A stretch of 64,000 bases of DNA from a virus. Positions within the stretch are counted from its first letter, which is position 1, and every line of letters starts with the position of its first letter. Where the stretch lies: positions 24,240 to 88,239 of the IMG/VR virus record IMGVR_UViG_3300035670_000111. One strand, written 5' to 3'. The translations under genes and the position numbers were made by a program. The notes beneath the pieces are model-generated. The model made no database searches. It was not told the DNA's origin and worked only from the letters and a program-made list of their open reading frames with translations. Positions 9,011-19,057 of this stretch are shown here, one piece after another.

Positions 9011-10558
9011 TCACGATAGTCCACCAGTTGTCGTGATAATCAGGTTGTCCGGTAAAAGAAATGGGATTTGGCTAGCGGTTAGGGAAATATTGCCGGCAGA
9101 GGCACCGTTGTCCGTATTTAACTTTGTTACGGTTACTGACTCTACACCTTCAATTCCAGCAGCTGTAGCTATTACTTTAGAGAAAGCTATAGATCTTGCA
9201 AAGGTGTTTTGTTCAAATGAAAAAAGCTGATTATCGTCTAAGAAAGCTTTGATAAGGTTTAGCTTAACAGTGTTGTTTCTGTAAGACGGGTTTACGGTTA
9301 CTGATAGTGAAACGTATAAAGGCACATATGTAGGCGGTTGAGTAGTAATAGTTGTTCCAACAGGAACCTTGTCCTGCATATACAGACTTACATTAGAAGC
9401 AAGATCTGTCCAAGCTGTTGTTGGGTTTCCACTCTGGATTCCTGGGGTACTAGTGCCGTCATTTTGAGGTTGGATGTAAAGAGTGATGGAGCTATAGACT
9501 GCCCCTACCGCGTTTACTTTTCCAATTTGAGGTACTTGTAGCGCTATGTACTTGTAATCATCTAGGGTTACTGCTCGACGTCTAGCAATAATTGCAGCTT
9601 TAATTTTATTTCTAAGCTGGGTGTTGTCATCTGCGTCTGCTCCACCAAATGCGGCTGCGGAGTTAGTAGCGGTTAAATATGAAATAGCTTCTGGGTCTAT
9701 GTTTCCTGGAATGAACGTTACTTCAGATATAGCATTAGAAACTACGTTTCCTGCTTCTCCTACGCTTGTTTTGTACAGAGCGCTAATTAGCTGTCCCGTA
9801 GCAGGGATAGAACCATTAATTCCATCCCCAAATACAATTGTTAAACTTCCATCTTCATTTTGAGACGTAGTAAATACTAGATCCGTTGGACTAGCGTTAG
9901 ACAAGCTGTCTGTGTATGTCCATGGGGCAAATGCAGCTCCCTGGCCTACATACACTATTAGAGACGCATCTACTACGCCAATATCAGTAATCGTGAACTC
10001 TTGATTAGACTCTCCGCTAGAAGTTCCTAGGCTTGAAGGAAGTGGCTTATTATTGCTAGGATTGATAAGATCTGGGCGATCTGTATTTACTGTTTTACCT
10101 TCTTTTGCAGTCAAGGTTATTTCTTGATTTGGCTGAAGCTGAATTGCAGCTTGAGTAGTTTCAAAATAAACTTCTGTATACGGACCAAATAACAGCGGGG
10201 CCATAACTTGAGTACCAATAGGTATATCTATAGCCGCTGTGCTTATATTTTCAAAAGTTACAGATACTGTGGCTGGGGTAGGACCAGAGGGTTTGTAGCC
10301 ATACAACTCAGCAAAATTTAATAGGGTAGATCTTTGAACAGCGGTGTCAACAGTGGTTTCATTAGCTACTCTGTCCAGGTAATAGGACATTATGTCGCCC
10401 ATATAAGCAAAAGCCTCTACAAGAACTCCACCCAAATCAGATGGATCAGACGCATCCCAGTCAAGCTGAGTACGTGCATTTATAAGATTTATAAGGTCAT
10501 TTTTTAGTGCCGCAAAATCTCTAGAGGTATAGTCTATTTGTATTTCGTTAGCCATCAT
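9011..10558 (-). CDS. Baseplate J / gp6-like wedge protein
   Basis: DYTSRDF...SYYLDR, FGDG, GGADAD, RRAVTLDDY motifs. Confidence 0.92.
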   Translation of the reverse strand: MMANEIQIDYTSRDFAALKNDLINLINARTQLDWDASDPSDLGGVLVEAFAYMGDIMSYYLDRVANETTVDTAVQRSTLLNFAELYGYKPSGPTPATVSVTFENISTAAIDIPIGTQVMAPLLFGPYTEVYFETTQAAIQLQPNQEITLTAKEGKTVNTDRPDLINPSNNKPLPSSLGTSSGESNQEFTITDIGVVDASLIVYVGQGAAFAPWTYTDSLSNASPTDLVFTTSQNEDGSLTIVFGDGINGSIPATGQLISALYKTSVGEAGNVVSNAISEVTFIPGNIDPEAISYLTATNSAAAFGGADADDNTQLRNKIKAAIIARRRAVTLDDYKYIALQVPQIGKVNAVGAVYSSITLYIQPQNDGTSTPGIQSGNPTTAWTDLASNVSLYMQDKVPVGTTITTQPPTYVPLYVSLSVTVNPSYRNNTVKLNLIKAFLDDNQLFSFEQNTFARSIAFSKVIATAAGIEGVESVTVTKLNTDNGASAGNISLTASQIPFLLPDNLIITTTGGLS

Positions 10559-10950
10559 AACTCCGTTGCTGAGATAGTTCCGTCTATATTAAAAATTGCC
10601 GTGCTTACTGAAAGAGTAGTTATAGTGCTATTAGGAAGTTTAACTAGGATCTCAACTTCTGCCGACCCACTTTCATCTGGCAAAGACACGTTTATTTCCT
10701 CTATAGATATTTCTGGTAGCCAAACATTCACGGCGCTTCTTACTGCTTGATTAATGGAAAACTCAAGTTGGTTATCATTTTCGTAAAGGGCTCTAAGAAC
10801 GTCTGTACCATACTCAGGAAGCATGGGCCTTTGCCCCGGACTAGTGGATAACAAAGTTAGCAAACGATCTATGTAGATTTTTACTGGGTTTTCCGTACTA
10901 TCTAAAACACCTAGTGGGCTAAGAGTAAAGGGATAGGATATTGCGCTCAC
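10555..10950 (-). CDS. Baseplate wedge gp25/GpW-like protein
   Basis: LLSTSPGQRPMLPEYGT motif; GTG 10950 overlaps upstream TGA. Confidence 0.9.
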   Translation of the reverse strand: MSAISYPFTLSPLGVLDSTENPVKIYIDRLLTLLSTSPGQRPMLPEYGTDVLRALYENDNQLEFSINQAVRSAVNVWLPEISIEEINVSLPDESGSAEVEILVKLPNSTITTLSVSTAIFNIDGTISATEL

Positions 10951-11600
10951 TGTACTCCAATCCAAACAGGGTATTCGGGATCTCCGGCTATGAACATGAC
11001 CCAGACCATCTGCCCCTTATATGGGATCAAACGATGAGGGGTATGTTCGGCTACTCGAGCTGGGTCAGAAGATCTATTGGTGCCAAAACCAGCAGCTATA
11101 GGGTCTATGTCTAAACCCCCGGCTGTTAGGTTTTGTTCCTGAGAATCATTCCACCGCTGAGTAGTGTTTGCTATTGTATCGTGGGCATGGGTTAATTTAT
11201 AGGTTGTATCTGGAGTCTTTCCGGCATGGTTGTTTGTGTGGGCATCATGAGCAAGGCTTATTACTACAGGGTGAGTATGAGCTGTACCGGCTGATGCGGC
11301 CCCACTTGTTACCGTAGCTGAGTGGGTAGCGTGAGTCGCGTGTGCTTGCAGCAAATTAGCTACTTCAGAAGCTAGGTGAGGCAAATGATCTGGATGATTT
11401 GCATTAGCTATTATTGGGTTGCAAGCTCTTGCCCATCCCGTAACTTCTTGACCAGTTGTTTGAAATACCTTTACCTTAATACGTCCCTTTTTTAGGGGAT
11501 CTTGAATATCTTCGACTTTAGCTTCGTATATGCCAAAAAACCTATTACGACCTACTGGGTCCATGCCATATTCAGAATCGGCTACATGCTTGTATTTCAT
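10947..11600 (-). CDS. Baseplate central spike (gp5/GpV OB-fold) with His-rich insertion
   Basis: GIYEAKVEDIQDPLKKGRIKVKV...TGWA and P-x2-GQMVWVMFIAGDPEYPVWIG flanking a His-rich segment. Confidence 0.85.
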   Translation of the reverse strand: MKYKHVADSEYGMDPVGRNRFFGIYEAKVEDIQDPLKKGRIKVKVFQTTGQEVTGWARACNPIIANANHPDHLPHLASEVANLLQAHATHATHSATVTSGAASAGTAHTHPVVISLAHDAHTNNHAGKTPDTTYKLTHAHDTIANTTQRWNDSQEQNLTAGGLDIDPIAAGFGTNRSSDPARVAEHTPHRLIPYKGQMVWVMFIAGDPEYPVWIGVQ

Positions 11601-12193
11601 ACAGCCTCCCATTTTACAGTTCTTTTAACTCTAGAAAAATTAGGAGGTTTAACAGAATATGGATCTTCTGGTATGACAGTTTCTGGTACAGCTGTTTCTC
11701 TAGGCTTTACCACGGAGGTAGGCTCTGTCTTTCCATAAGTTGGGGTTAAACTAGAACTATTAATTGCAAAAGAATAATCTTTTAAATTAGATTCAGCAGA
11801 CGTTAATGCTTGATTAGATAGCTCTCCCTGTATATCTCTTATAGGAGTAGCATTTCTAGCTGAATCAGTGGTATCACCAATAGTGTCAGTTCCTATATCT
11901 ACTTCCATCATATAGTCAGCGGGACTTCCCCCAAAAATATGTTTTACAGAGAGTACCGTCCAATATCCAGAAAGCCCATTAGGCAACCCGTCTAGATAGA
12001 TGGCCTCATAAGGCTTTACAAGAGAATTGCCTACAAGCACTACTCTCGCCCGGTACTGGTATCGCTTTGCATCAGCTAAGTCGTTGGCAATGTACTTAGA
12101 CTCAGTTAAGCTTGTAGCTACATCATAAACTTGATGCTTTTGAAAAGAAGCTACGTTTTCTTCGGTTCCTTTAGTATATCTAGAGAGTGTCAT
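11597..12193 (-). CDS. Baseplate hub (gpD/gp27-like), C-terminal half
   Basis: VGNSLVKPYEAIYLDGL...SGYWTVLSVKHIF matches C-terminal hub barrel; own RBS GAGGAG. Confidence 0.75.
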   Translation of the reverse strand: MTLSRYTKGTEENVASFQKHQVYDVATSLTESKYIANDLADAKRYQYRARVVLVGNSLVKPYEAIYLDGLPNGLSGYWTVLSVKHIFGGSPADYMMEVDIGTDTIGDTTDSARNATPIRDIQGELSNQALTSAESNLKDYSFAINSSSLTPTYGKTEPTSVVKPRETAVPETVIPEDPYSVKPPNFSRVKRTVKWEAV

Positions 12194-13031
12194 CAAAGAA
12201 CTCCTCGCTAGGTACTACAACACCTTTGTCTTCAAAATTAAAGTCTTTTAGTTTATGCAATGTGGCAATGATGGTTCCAGTACGCTCATTGTAACCGGTG
12301 ATTATGCGATCAACCTTTGCTCCCATTTCTGGAGCGGTATCCGAGATCTCAGGCTTAAAGCTTATTATAGTTCCATAGCTGCGGTTATACTTAACAGATG
12401 TGCCGCCTATCTCTGAATCTATGTATTCAAAATAAGGAGCGCTTTGTTTACTTTTAGTAAAAATTTTATTCTTAGATACAAAATAAATAGTAGTTCCTTC
12501 AGATCTTAAAGCAAAACCCGTCTGCTTTGCTAGACGTCGTAGCAACTGCCAGTCTGTTTGCCCTGCTTGAACTATAGTTTTTCGTACTCTAGGATGGCGT
12601 TGAGTAACCGCTTTCATCCCTGTTTTTTCAGCAATCTTTTTAACTACCTGATCTGCAGTTACGTTTTTATATATTTTTTGATCTGTATTTTTTAATACGT
12701 GAGATGCTGAAATACAGATTATATCTGTATTGTTTGAGTCTAAATCGTCTTTAGGGTCTATAGCATAGACGTAGCCTACAAACTCTTGCTTTATTCTATC
12801 TGTAGTAAAGGTGAACCTAACTGGGTCTTCAGATTTAATAACAGTATCGTCATTGAAGGGTTTGCCCTTAAAGTGAAGCACTAAACGGTCGTGCTGTTCA
12901 GTATCTTGATATAGCTCAGCTCCAATTAACAGCATTTCTAGATCTGGAGTTTTAGGCAACTCTACTTTATAGGTAGAGTAGTTAGCTGTAGACTCGTATA
13001 CATAATTGCGTTGAAAGTTATTAGTTGTCAT
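12180..13031 (-). CDS. Baseplate hub (gpD/gp27-like), N-terminal half
   Basis: QAGQTDWQLLRRLAKQTGF motif. Confidence 0.85.
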   Translation of the reverse strand: MTTNNFQRNYVYESTANYSTYKVELPKTPDLEMLLIGAELYQDTEQHDRLVLHFKGKPFNDDTVIKSEDPVRFTFTTDRIKQEFVGYVYAIDPKDDLDSNNTDIICISASHVLKNTDQKIYKNVTADQVVKKIAEKTGMKAVTQRHPRVRKTIVQAGQTDWQLLRRLAKQTGFALRSEGTTIYFVSKNKIFTKSKQSAPYFEYIDSEIGGTSVKYNRSYGTIISFKPEISDTAPEMGAKVDRIITGYNERTGTIIATLHKLKDFNFEDKGVVVPSEEFFDDTL

Positions 13032-13302
13032 ATGGAATCCTAATAACAGTTCCTGGGGCTATGTTAGTTGGATCAACTATTTCTGGATTTATTTCTAAAA
13101 TTTCCCACCAGTACTTAGAATGACCTATGTACACTTTAGCTAGGGCACCTAAACTATCTCCGTCAATCCAGGTGTATTCCACATATTGGACAGACTTGCT
13201 TTCAGGAAATTTTCTAAAAACTCCAATAGAGTACTGTCCCGTATATTTTTGTTTTATTTGAAACAAAGGCCCGTCGTAATATCGAGAAACTCTTTCTATC
13301 AT
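13021..13302 (-). CDS. LysM/tail-X baseplate protein
   Basis: GDSLGALAKVYIG...WWEILEINP...IAPGTVIRIP. Confidence 0.88.
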   Translation of the reverse strand: MIERVSRYYDGPLFQIKQKYTGQYSIGVFRKFPESKSVQYVEYTWIDGDSLGALAKVYIGHSKYWWEILEINPEIVDPTNIAPGTVIRIPYDN

Positions 13303-15023
13303 GACTTGGCCTCCTCTCCAGTACCAGCAACTTTAGCAGCACGATTTTGAAACTCTTGTTTAATCTTTTTCTTTGAAAGTTCAAGAGATGGGTATCTAAT
13401 AAAGGAGATATTTACTACAGACAGCATTGGAACCATTTCTTGGGTAAACATAACGTGTTTTACGTCTAAGCTTGCCATGGATCCGTAATACTTTAGATTA
13501 TTATGTAGATGGAACCAACAAGGAGTACCCGTTATATAACCAAAGTCTGAAGTCTTTCCGTCGTAGTCTAATAGAGCAGTTTTTCCAGGATCTCCATTTA
13601 AAACTCTGTATAAGAACTCAAGATCGTATTCTGTTCCTCTATAAAGGATCCCTTCAATTTCTTCTTTTCTTAATGCTCTTGGATAACCATTTGTATAGTC
13701 TATTCCATTACTTGTTGTTACCGTTGATTTTAAATTTTTTAGGGCGGTCATGTCAACAATGCGGTTTAAGTAAAGCTCGATGTTTACTGTTGTATTTCCA
13801 CCAAGAAGGTTTGCGGGATCTTTGCTGTTAAGCATCCAATCTACAGACGTGTTTGTAGTAGTACCGTAATTCATAGATTGAGGGTTATAGGTAAATCTAA
13901 AACCCCACAATTTTCTTTCTCCTTTTGTGGGTTTATTTAGAGCTTCAGCACCATCCGTAGACTGGTATATCTTTCCAAGCCGGTTATTTCTATTATTTAA
14001 TGCGGCTACAACTCCCCTAGGATCTATGGTTACATCGTCCCGTTTATTTATAATTTCTCGCGTTCTTTCCCCATGACCTACAGATCTAGTGACAAAATGG
14101 TTTGGTGGGTTGTACTGAATTTTGTCTAAATCAGGAGGGGGCAAAATTTCTCCAAGAGCTGGATTAGGGGTTTCTTCTTCCCCGCATACGGCTCTTACAG
14201 CCTGTAATAAAACTTCTTGAGCTTGTCCAAAATAGGTATTAGGACCAGTAGCATCTACGGCTTCTCTTCCTAGGTACTGTTCACGTATTTTTTGACCATT
14301 TTTACTGTAGTAAACAAGCGTGGTATCAACTTTACCGCCAGCAACGTTTGTAAGATAAAACCCTACCCATTCATTAGTGCATCGATTCCATCGAGCTCTG
14401 TCTGCTCCTACAAGAGTTTTTAAGGCTGGCGGGATCTTTGGTTGAGTAGATGCTTTTGTAAAATTTAAGGTTTTCATCCTAGCATTTGGATATAAACCTA
14501 TTTCAACAGGCTCAGGATTAAGAGGGTTTTCTTGACTTCCAGCTTCAAGGGTTACTTGTATTCTTGGAGTAATAACTCCCTTATCAGTACCGTTTATGAA
14601 AAAGGTAAATACTGTGTTTCCTTTTCCTGAAACAGGAGAGCTCTGTCTAACATAATTTCCAAAACTTTTTGGACAAGTTGCGTAAGAGGCAATGCTGTCT
14701 AACCAGCTTTGTAAAACAACTACCCTAACGCCGTCATCATCTCCCAACAAACCTACTGGATTTGGACCAAGGCCCGGAGAAGTTTCTTTCCAAACACGTA
14801 CTTCAAACTTTAATTGGTGCTTATAGTTTACTTGTTTTCCGTTATCTGGCGATAGCCAGTCTCCAGTTATAATTGGGTCATCATCCCAGCCATATATGCT
14901 TGCCCAACCATCAGAGTCTACAGCGTTAGTTGTTTCGACCCCAGTGTTTCCACTGCCTAAGTTGTCATCTATAAACTCGTAATAGTCAATGGTATAGAAA
15001 TATCCAGACTCATATGTCGGCAT
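13299..15023 (-). CDS. Tail tube initiator-like baseplate protein with N-terminal extension
   Basis: GFRFTYNPQS and late LDVKHVMFTQEMVP motifs; position between tape measure and LysM gene. Confidence 0.65.
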   Translation of the reverse strand: MPTYESGYFYTIDYYEFIDDNLGSGNTGVETTNAVDSDGWASIYGWDDDPIITGDWLSPDNGKQVNYKHQLKFEVRVWKETSPGLGPNPVGLLGDDDGVRVVVLQSWLDSIASYATCPKSFGNYVRQSSPVSGKGNTVFTFFINGTDKGVITPRIQVTLEAGSQENPLNPEPVEIGLYPNARMKTLNFTKASTQPKIPPALKTLVGADRARWNRCTNEWVGFYLTNVAGGKVDTTLVYYSKNGQKIREQYLGREAVDATGPNTYFGQAQEVLLQAVRAVCGEEETPNPALGEILPPPDLDKIQYNPPNHFVTRSVGHGERTREIINKRDDVTIDPRGVVAALNNRNNRLGKIYQSTDGAEALNKPTKGERKLWGFRFTYNPQSMNYGTTTNTSVDWMLNSKDPANLLGGNTTVNIELYLNRIVDMTALKNLKSTVTTSNGIDYTNGYPRALRKEEIEGILYRGTEYDLEFLYRVLNGDPGKTALLDYDGKTSDFGYITGTPCWFHLHNNLKYYGSMASLDVKHVMFTQEMVPMLSVVNISFIRYPSLELSKKKIKQEFQNRAAKVAGTGEEAKS

Positions 15024-18000
15024 TAGTAGATACCTAATCCTTCCCCATACTTAATCTTTGCTTCTAATCTCTTTAGTACATCGTCGGCAAGTTTGTTTGC
15101 TTCTCCAACAGATGCTCTTGCTATATTAACGTTCATGTGTACCTGCACGTCTATTTTAGAGGACGCATTGAAGTTTGCTCCACTACTTCTTTGAACAACT
15201 ACAGAAGAACCTTCAGTAGCCAAACCTCCAGAAGAGGAGTTACCCATTGTTTCTGGGCCCCCACCAATTCCAGATTTTTGAGCTATTCGATTAGCGTCGT
15301 CCATCCAATTAAGGAAAGTACCGTCTTTATAAACAGACCAAGGCTCCCAATTTTTTCCGCCTTTGCTTATTTCAAGCGCTGCTGCAAGATTGTATTTAGG
15401 ATTTTTTAGTCGAGAAGCATCTCTCCATGGATTACTATAGGATTTCCAATTATTTAAAGACCTTATTTGAAACGGCCCATAACTTGGTCCCCACTTACGA
15501 GTTACTAAGCTTTTATCTCCAACAGCATCTACTCTTCCACCAGATTCTGCCATAGCTACTGCAAAAGCAGTTTTTAAGGCGTCTCCTCTAAAACCAGCTT
15601 CATAGAGCATACGCATAAAGCCTGCTCTACTTCCTCCGGCTATGCCTTGTTCTCCGCCCCTACCCTCAGTATGCCCTGGGTCTAATATATCCTTGTATCT
15701 ACTATCCTTTGGATTAATTCCGCTCATAAGCCTGTCGTAGTTAACCGGGCCGTTATTTCCAAACATACTAAGTAATTGCGCTATGGACGGGCTTGTATAT
15801 TTCTTGCTTAATGGGGTGCCGAAGTCCTCAAGATTTCTACTTTCAGCATTTGTTCCTTTGTGGCCCGTAAACGTATTTGCTACTGCGCCTACCATTGATT
15901 TTAGTCCACTAACAATTTTAGTTCCTACGGCTTTTATAAAGGAGAATGCTTTACCAAAGAAACTCTTAGGATTTTCTCTTCCTTGAGCACCGACTCCACC
16001 GTGGTCTCTAACTTCAAAGTGAAGGTGAGGACCTGTAGAACTTCCTGCTCCTCGAGCGCCCTTCTTACCGCCAGACTTTGCAATTACCTGACCTCTTTTT
16101 ACACGTTGACCTTTTTGAACTAAGATCTCGCTTAAGTGGGCATACAGAGTCGATTTAACTTGATGTTTAATAATTATATAGAATCCGTATTGTGCATGAG
16201 TCCCAGTCTCGTAGACTATTCCGTCAGCTGCGGCTTGTACAGGACTTCCTACTGCAACTGCGTAGTCAATACCTCTGTGATTAGAACTAATGCCTGGATT
16301 CTTTCTTGCTGCTTCTGCGCGAGGGCCATAATCAGAACTAATACGTGTACCTGGTTTTACAGGTGGTTGAAAAACTTTACCGTATTGTGCTGGAGCTCCG
16401 CCGCCATCTCCACCAATACCATGTGAGCAACCCATATTTCCGTGGTTGCACCCGCCGCCATCTCCGCCCATACCAGCAAGGGTTTGTCCAACACCTATAG
16501 CTGTACCTATTGCAGCACCTATACCAGTTCCTATTACTGGTATAAAGCTTCCAATAGCTGCGCCAGTAAGGGCCATACCGCCAATATTTGCTGCGGCAAG
16601 GCCGGCTTTTCTTACGCCTGGACTTACTTTTTCTCCAAATAACGCGTCTAATCCTTCAGCACCTAGTACTGCAGCTATTGATCCAAGCGTTAATTTACCT
16701 TTTGAAGATTTAAGTAGTTTTAATAGTGCTGCTCTTTTTGTAAGTGCTGCTGCACCAGTAGCTGTAGCTGCTGTTGCTCCAGCCGCAGCGGCTCCTGCGC
16801 TAACTCCTCCAGCTGCCATCGCACCTGTTCCCATAAAACCAGCTTTGCCTCCAACACCTAACATACGGGCAGTTAAACCTAATTGGAGTGCACTTCCAGC
16901 CGCGCCTGCCATCATGCCGCCTAAACCAGATAAGGTAGCGCCTGTGTTTCCAGCCCCAGGTAAAGTTTGTAAAATTCCTTTTAGAGTCATCAAGCCATCG
17001 TTTACTGGACCTAAGATGTCAGCCATAGTGCTAAACGCATCGTTTACAGACGCGGTTGTTCTTAGGGAGACGTTGTAGCCACCTACTAATCCTTCTTCGG
17101 TAGCTTGAAGTTTTCTTGCCTCAGAGGTGTTGTATCTAAACTGAGCACGGAGCGGGCTTTCTTTTCCAACGCCCATAATGTCTAATGCTCTGTTAGGATC
17201 TGATAAATCTTTTTTAGTTAGGGAAGAGCCTTTACTTGCTCTTGCAATAATTCCCATCTGTAGCTGTTGCAATAGCTCTGGATTTCCTCCAGAGAGTTGC
17301 ATGAGGGTCGCATAGCCTTTAGATCCTGGATTAAGGACCATCATGGCTTGCTCTTTAGTTATCTTACGTCCGCCATATAGGAAGCCATATGCCTGATTAA
17401 CAAGCTGGTTAGGAGCAACGAGGTTTCCTTGGCGATCACGTGCTCGTATACCCGCACGTAAGAAGCTCATCGCATTTATTCCAGCAAATGCGCCAGCTAC
17501 TTGTTCATTAGACGCTCCGGTCAAAGCAGACATACCGCCTACTTGACCCATAATGCGTCGTGAGCTTAAAGTGTTAGCTAAATATCCGCCCTGATAGCCC
17601 AGCGTAGCTGCAGCCGCAGTAGGTCCCATGGCGCTAGTTGCACCGCCACCTACTAGCCTATTAGACTGTGCTATTAGGCCTTGAGCACCCATCCCGCTGA
17701 GTCCAGCAAGAGAATCAGCGTAGATTCTTTGTGTAACGGCGGACATGGTGTTTGGAGCCATGCTGTACGCTGTAGCTCCAGCAGCAAGGCCAATAACGCC
17801 CAAGCCCATGGCTTGCTGTTGACGTCTAGTTCCGCTACTAAAAGCACCTAAACCTAGTGTTTGACCGCCAACACCTTTGTTCCCGGTTGTGGCTTCAAGT
17901 AAAAGATCGCGGTATTCTCTGGCGTTCTTAACTAGCTTTTCAGAATAATCTACAAGTTTTTTCATGCCCGCATCGCTCTTAGAAAATACTTTATCTAAGA

Positions 18001-18073
18001 CTCCGGGCATGGATGTAAAGTTTTCGGAGTCCGAAGCTCCGACCATATTCTGTCCACCGGGTGGAGTTGCCAT
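15023..18073 (-). CDS. Tape measure protein with C-terminal M23 peptidase and lysozyme-like transglycosylase domains
   Basis: Long Gly/Ala-rich helical region; HRGIDY...YAHL...STGPHLHFEV (M23); AVAMAESGG...SYGPFQI...NWEPW. Confidence 0.92.
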   Translation of the reverse strand: MATPPGGQNMVGASDSENFTSMPGVLDKVFSKSDAGMKKLVDYSEKLVKNAREYRDLLLEATTGNKGVGGQTLGLGAFSSGTRRQQQAMGLGVIGLAAGATAYSMAPNTMSAVTQRIYADSLAGLSGMGAQGLIAQSNRLVGGGATSAMGPTAAAATLGYQGGYLANTLSSRRIMGQVGGMSALTGASNEQVAGAFAGINAMSFLRAGIRARDRQGNLVAPNQLVNQAYGFLYGGRKITKEQAMMVLNPGSKGYATLMQLSGGNPELLQQLQMGIIARASKGSSLTKKDLSDPNRALDIMGVGKESPLRAQFRYNTSEARKLQATEEGLVGGYNVSLRTTASVNDAFSTMADILGPVNDGLMTLKGILQTLPGAGNTGATLSGLGGMMAGAAGSALQLGLTARMLGVGGKAGFMGTGAMAAGGVSAGAAAAGATAATATGAAALTKRAALLKLLKSSKGKLTLGSIAAVLGAEGLDALFGEKVSPGVRKAGLAAANIGGMALTGAAIGSFIPVIGTGIGAAIGTAIGVGQTLAGMGGDGGGCNHGNMGCSHGIGGDGGGAPAQYGKVFQPPVKPGTRISSDYGPRAEAARKNPGISSNHRGIDYAVAVGSPVQAAADGIVYETGTHAQYGFYIIIKHQVKSTLYAHLSEILVQKGQRVKRGQVIAKSGGKKGARGAGSSTGPHLHFEVRDHGGVGAQGRENPKSFFGKAFSFIKAVGTKIVSGLKSMVGAVANTFTGHKGTNAESRNLEDFGTPLSKKYTSPSIAQLLSMFGNNGPVNYDRLMSGINPKDSRYKDILDPGHTEGRGGEQGIAGGSRAGFMRMLYEAGFRGDALKTAFAVAMAESGGRVDAVGDKSLVTRKWGPSYGPFQIRSLNNWKSYSNPWRDASRLKNPKYNLAAALEISKGGKNWEPWSVYKDGTFLNWMDDANRIAQKSGIGGGPETMGNSSSGGLATEGSSVVVQRSSGANFNASSKIDVQVHMNVNIARASVGEANKLADDVLKRLEAKIKYGEGLGIY

Positions 18074-18231
18074 TAATTCACCGCCTTAGGTCTGCTCATA
18101 GCTTTGTCTAACCACATCATTCTTTCTCTAAACGACAACGATTTAATATCGCTTAAAGACCATCCTGGATAGAAGTACACTAAATAGTTATAGGCCTCTA
18201 TAACTAATTCGTAACTTGTTTCATTCTCGAA
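18073..18231 (-). CDS. Tail assembly chaperone C-terminal extension (+1 frame, no evident own start)
   Basis: FENETSYELVIEAYNYLVYFYPGWSLSDIKSLSFRERMMWLDKAMSRPKAVN*; TAA overlaps tape-measure ATG. Confidence 0.7.
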   Translation of the reverse strand, partial: FENETSYELVIEAYNYLVYFYPGWSLSDIKSLSFRERMMWLDKAMSRPKAVN

Positions 18232-19036
18232 ACAAGTCTGCCAGGGTTAGTGGCAGTGGTACCTCCGCTTCGCAAGATGTGCACGATTTCTTTATTTCGC
18301 TAAGTTGTGGTCCGGGGTTGCGGTCTGTTATGGCCTTGATTAAATCACGGCGATCTTTAAGACTTAGGTCCTTGATCTGCTGTACGTTGAGTACAGGCAT
18401 GCCGTTTATGGATTCAATACAGCTCTTTAACAAGATGGTGTCTAGTTCAGCTGCATTCTTATTTGTTGCATTTACTAGCGCTTTTTGAGCGCTTCCGGTA
18501 GGAAGTCCTACCGTTACTTTTCCTACTTTGCAATCAAGTGTAAAAACTCGGTCTGACTCATCTAGAGTTTTTGTCTCTACGTCTGTGCTTAGGTCTATCT
18601 CAAAGGTCTGCTCTTCTCCGCAGCTAGTGCAGATAGGCATTACTTTTACCTTAGGTCCAAACGTTGCAACTCGGATTGCAAGAAGCAAGGCTTCTCGATC
18701 TCCGGCTAGAAGAGAATCTAAAGTCTCTTTGTCAGCAGGCTTATCGCCTACTTTTACTGTAGCTCTTTCTAGAATAGTCAATAGAGCTTTTCCAGGGTCT
18801 CCTATGCGAGCAATGATCTCTTCATCGGATCCGGTAAGTTCTCTAATTTCAGCAGTATTTATAGTTCCGTCAAAAGGATCTGTTAATCCTCCTGGAAGAA
18901 CTACTGATGTATCAGGTGGTAGCGACACTTCTACTTTTGGTGTTGGTGTCGCTACCTCCTGAGCAGAAGTAGCTTCTGCTACAAGCTTATTTGCAAGTGC
19001 AGGGTTATTTGATGCGCTGATAGTTTCTGTAGCCAT
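18221..19036 (-). CDS. Tail/baseplate assembly chaperone (gp26-like, two CxxC)
   Basis: IRELTGSDEE, GDREALLLAIR, CTSC twice; lies between tube and tape measure. Confidence 0.8.
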   Translation of the reverse strand: MATETISASNNPALANKLVAEATSAQEVATPTPKVEVSLPPDTSVVLPGGLTDPFDGTINTAEIRELTGSDEEIIARIGDPGKALLTILERATVKVGDKPADKETLDSLLAGDREALLLAIRVATFGPKVKVMPICTSCGEEQTFEIDLSTDVETKTLDESDRVFTLDCKVGKVTVGLPTGSAQKALVNATNKNAAELDTILLKSCIESINGMPVLNVQQIKDLSLKDRRDLIKAITDRNPGPQLSEIKKSCTSCEAEVPLPLTLADLFRE

Positions 19037-19057
19037 TTAGTTTACCTTTTCTTTATT

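Noticed and set aside
16446-17078. 210-aa plus-strand ORF and similar shadows (42462..43010, 45626..46072, 18528..18962)
   Set aside because: Codon-aligned antisense shadows of Gly/Ala-rich or highly biased genes; no RBS or protein-like features.
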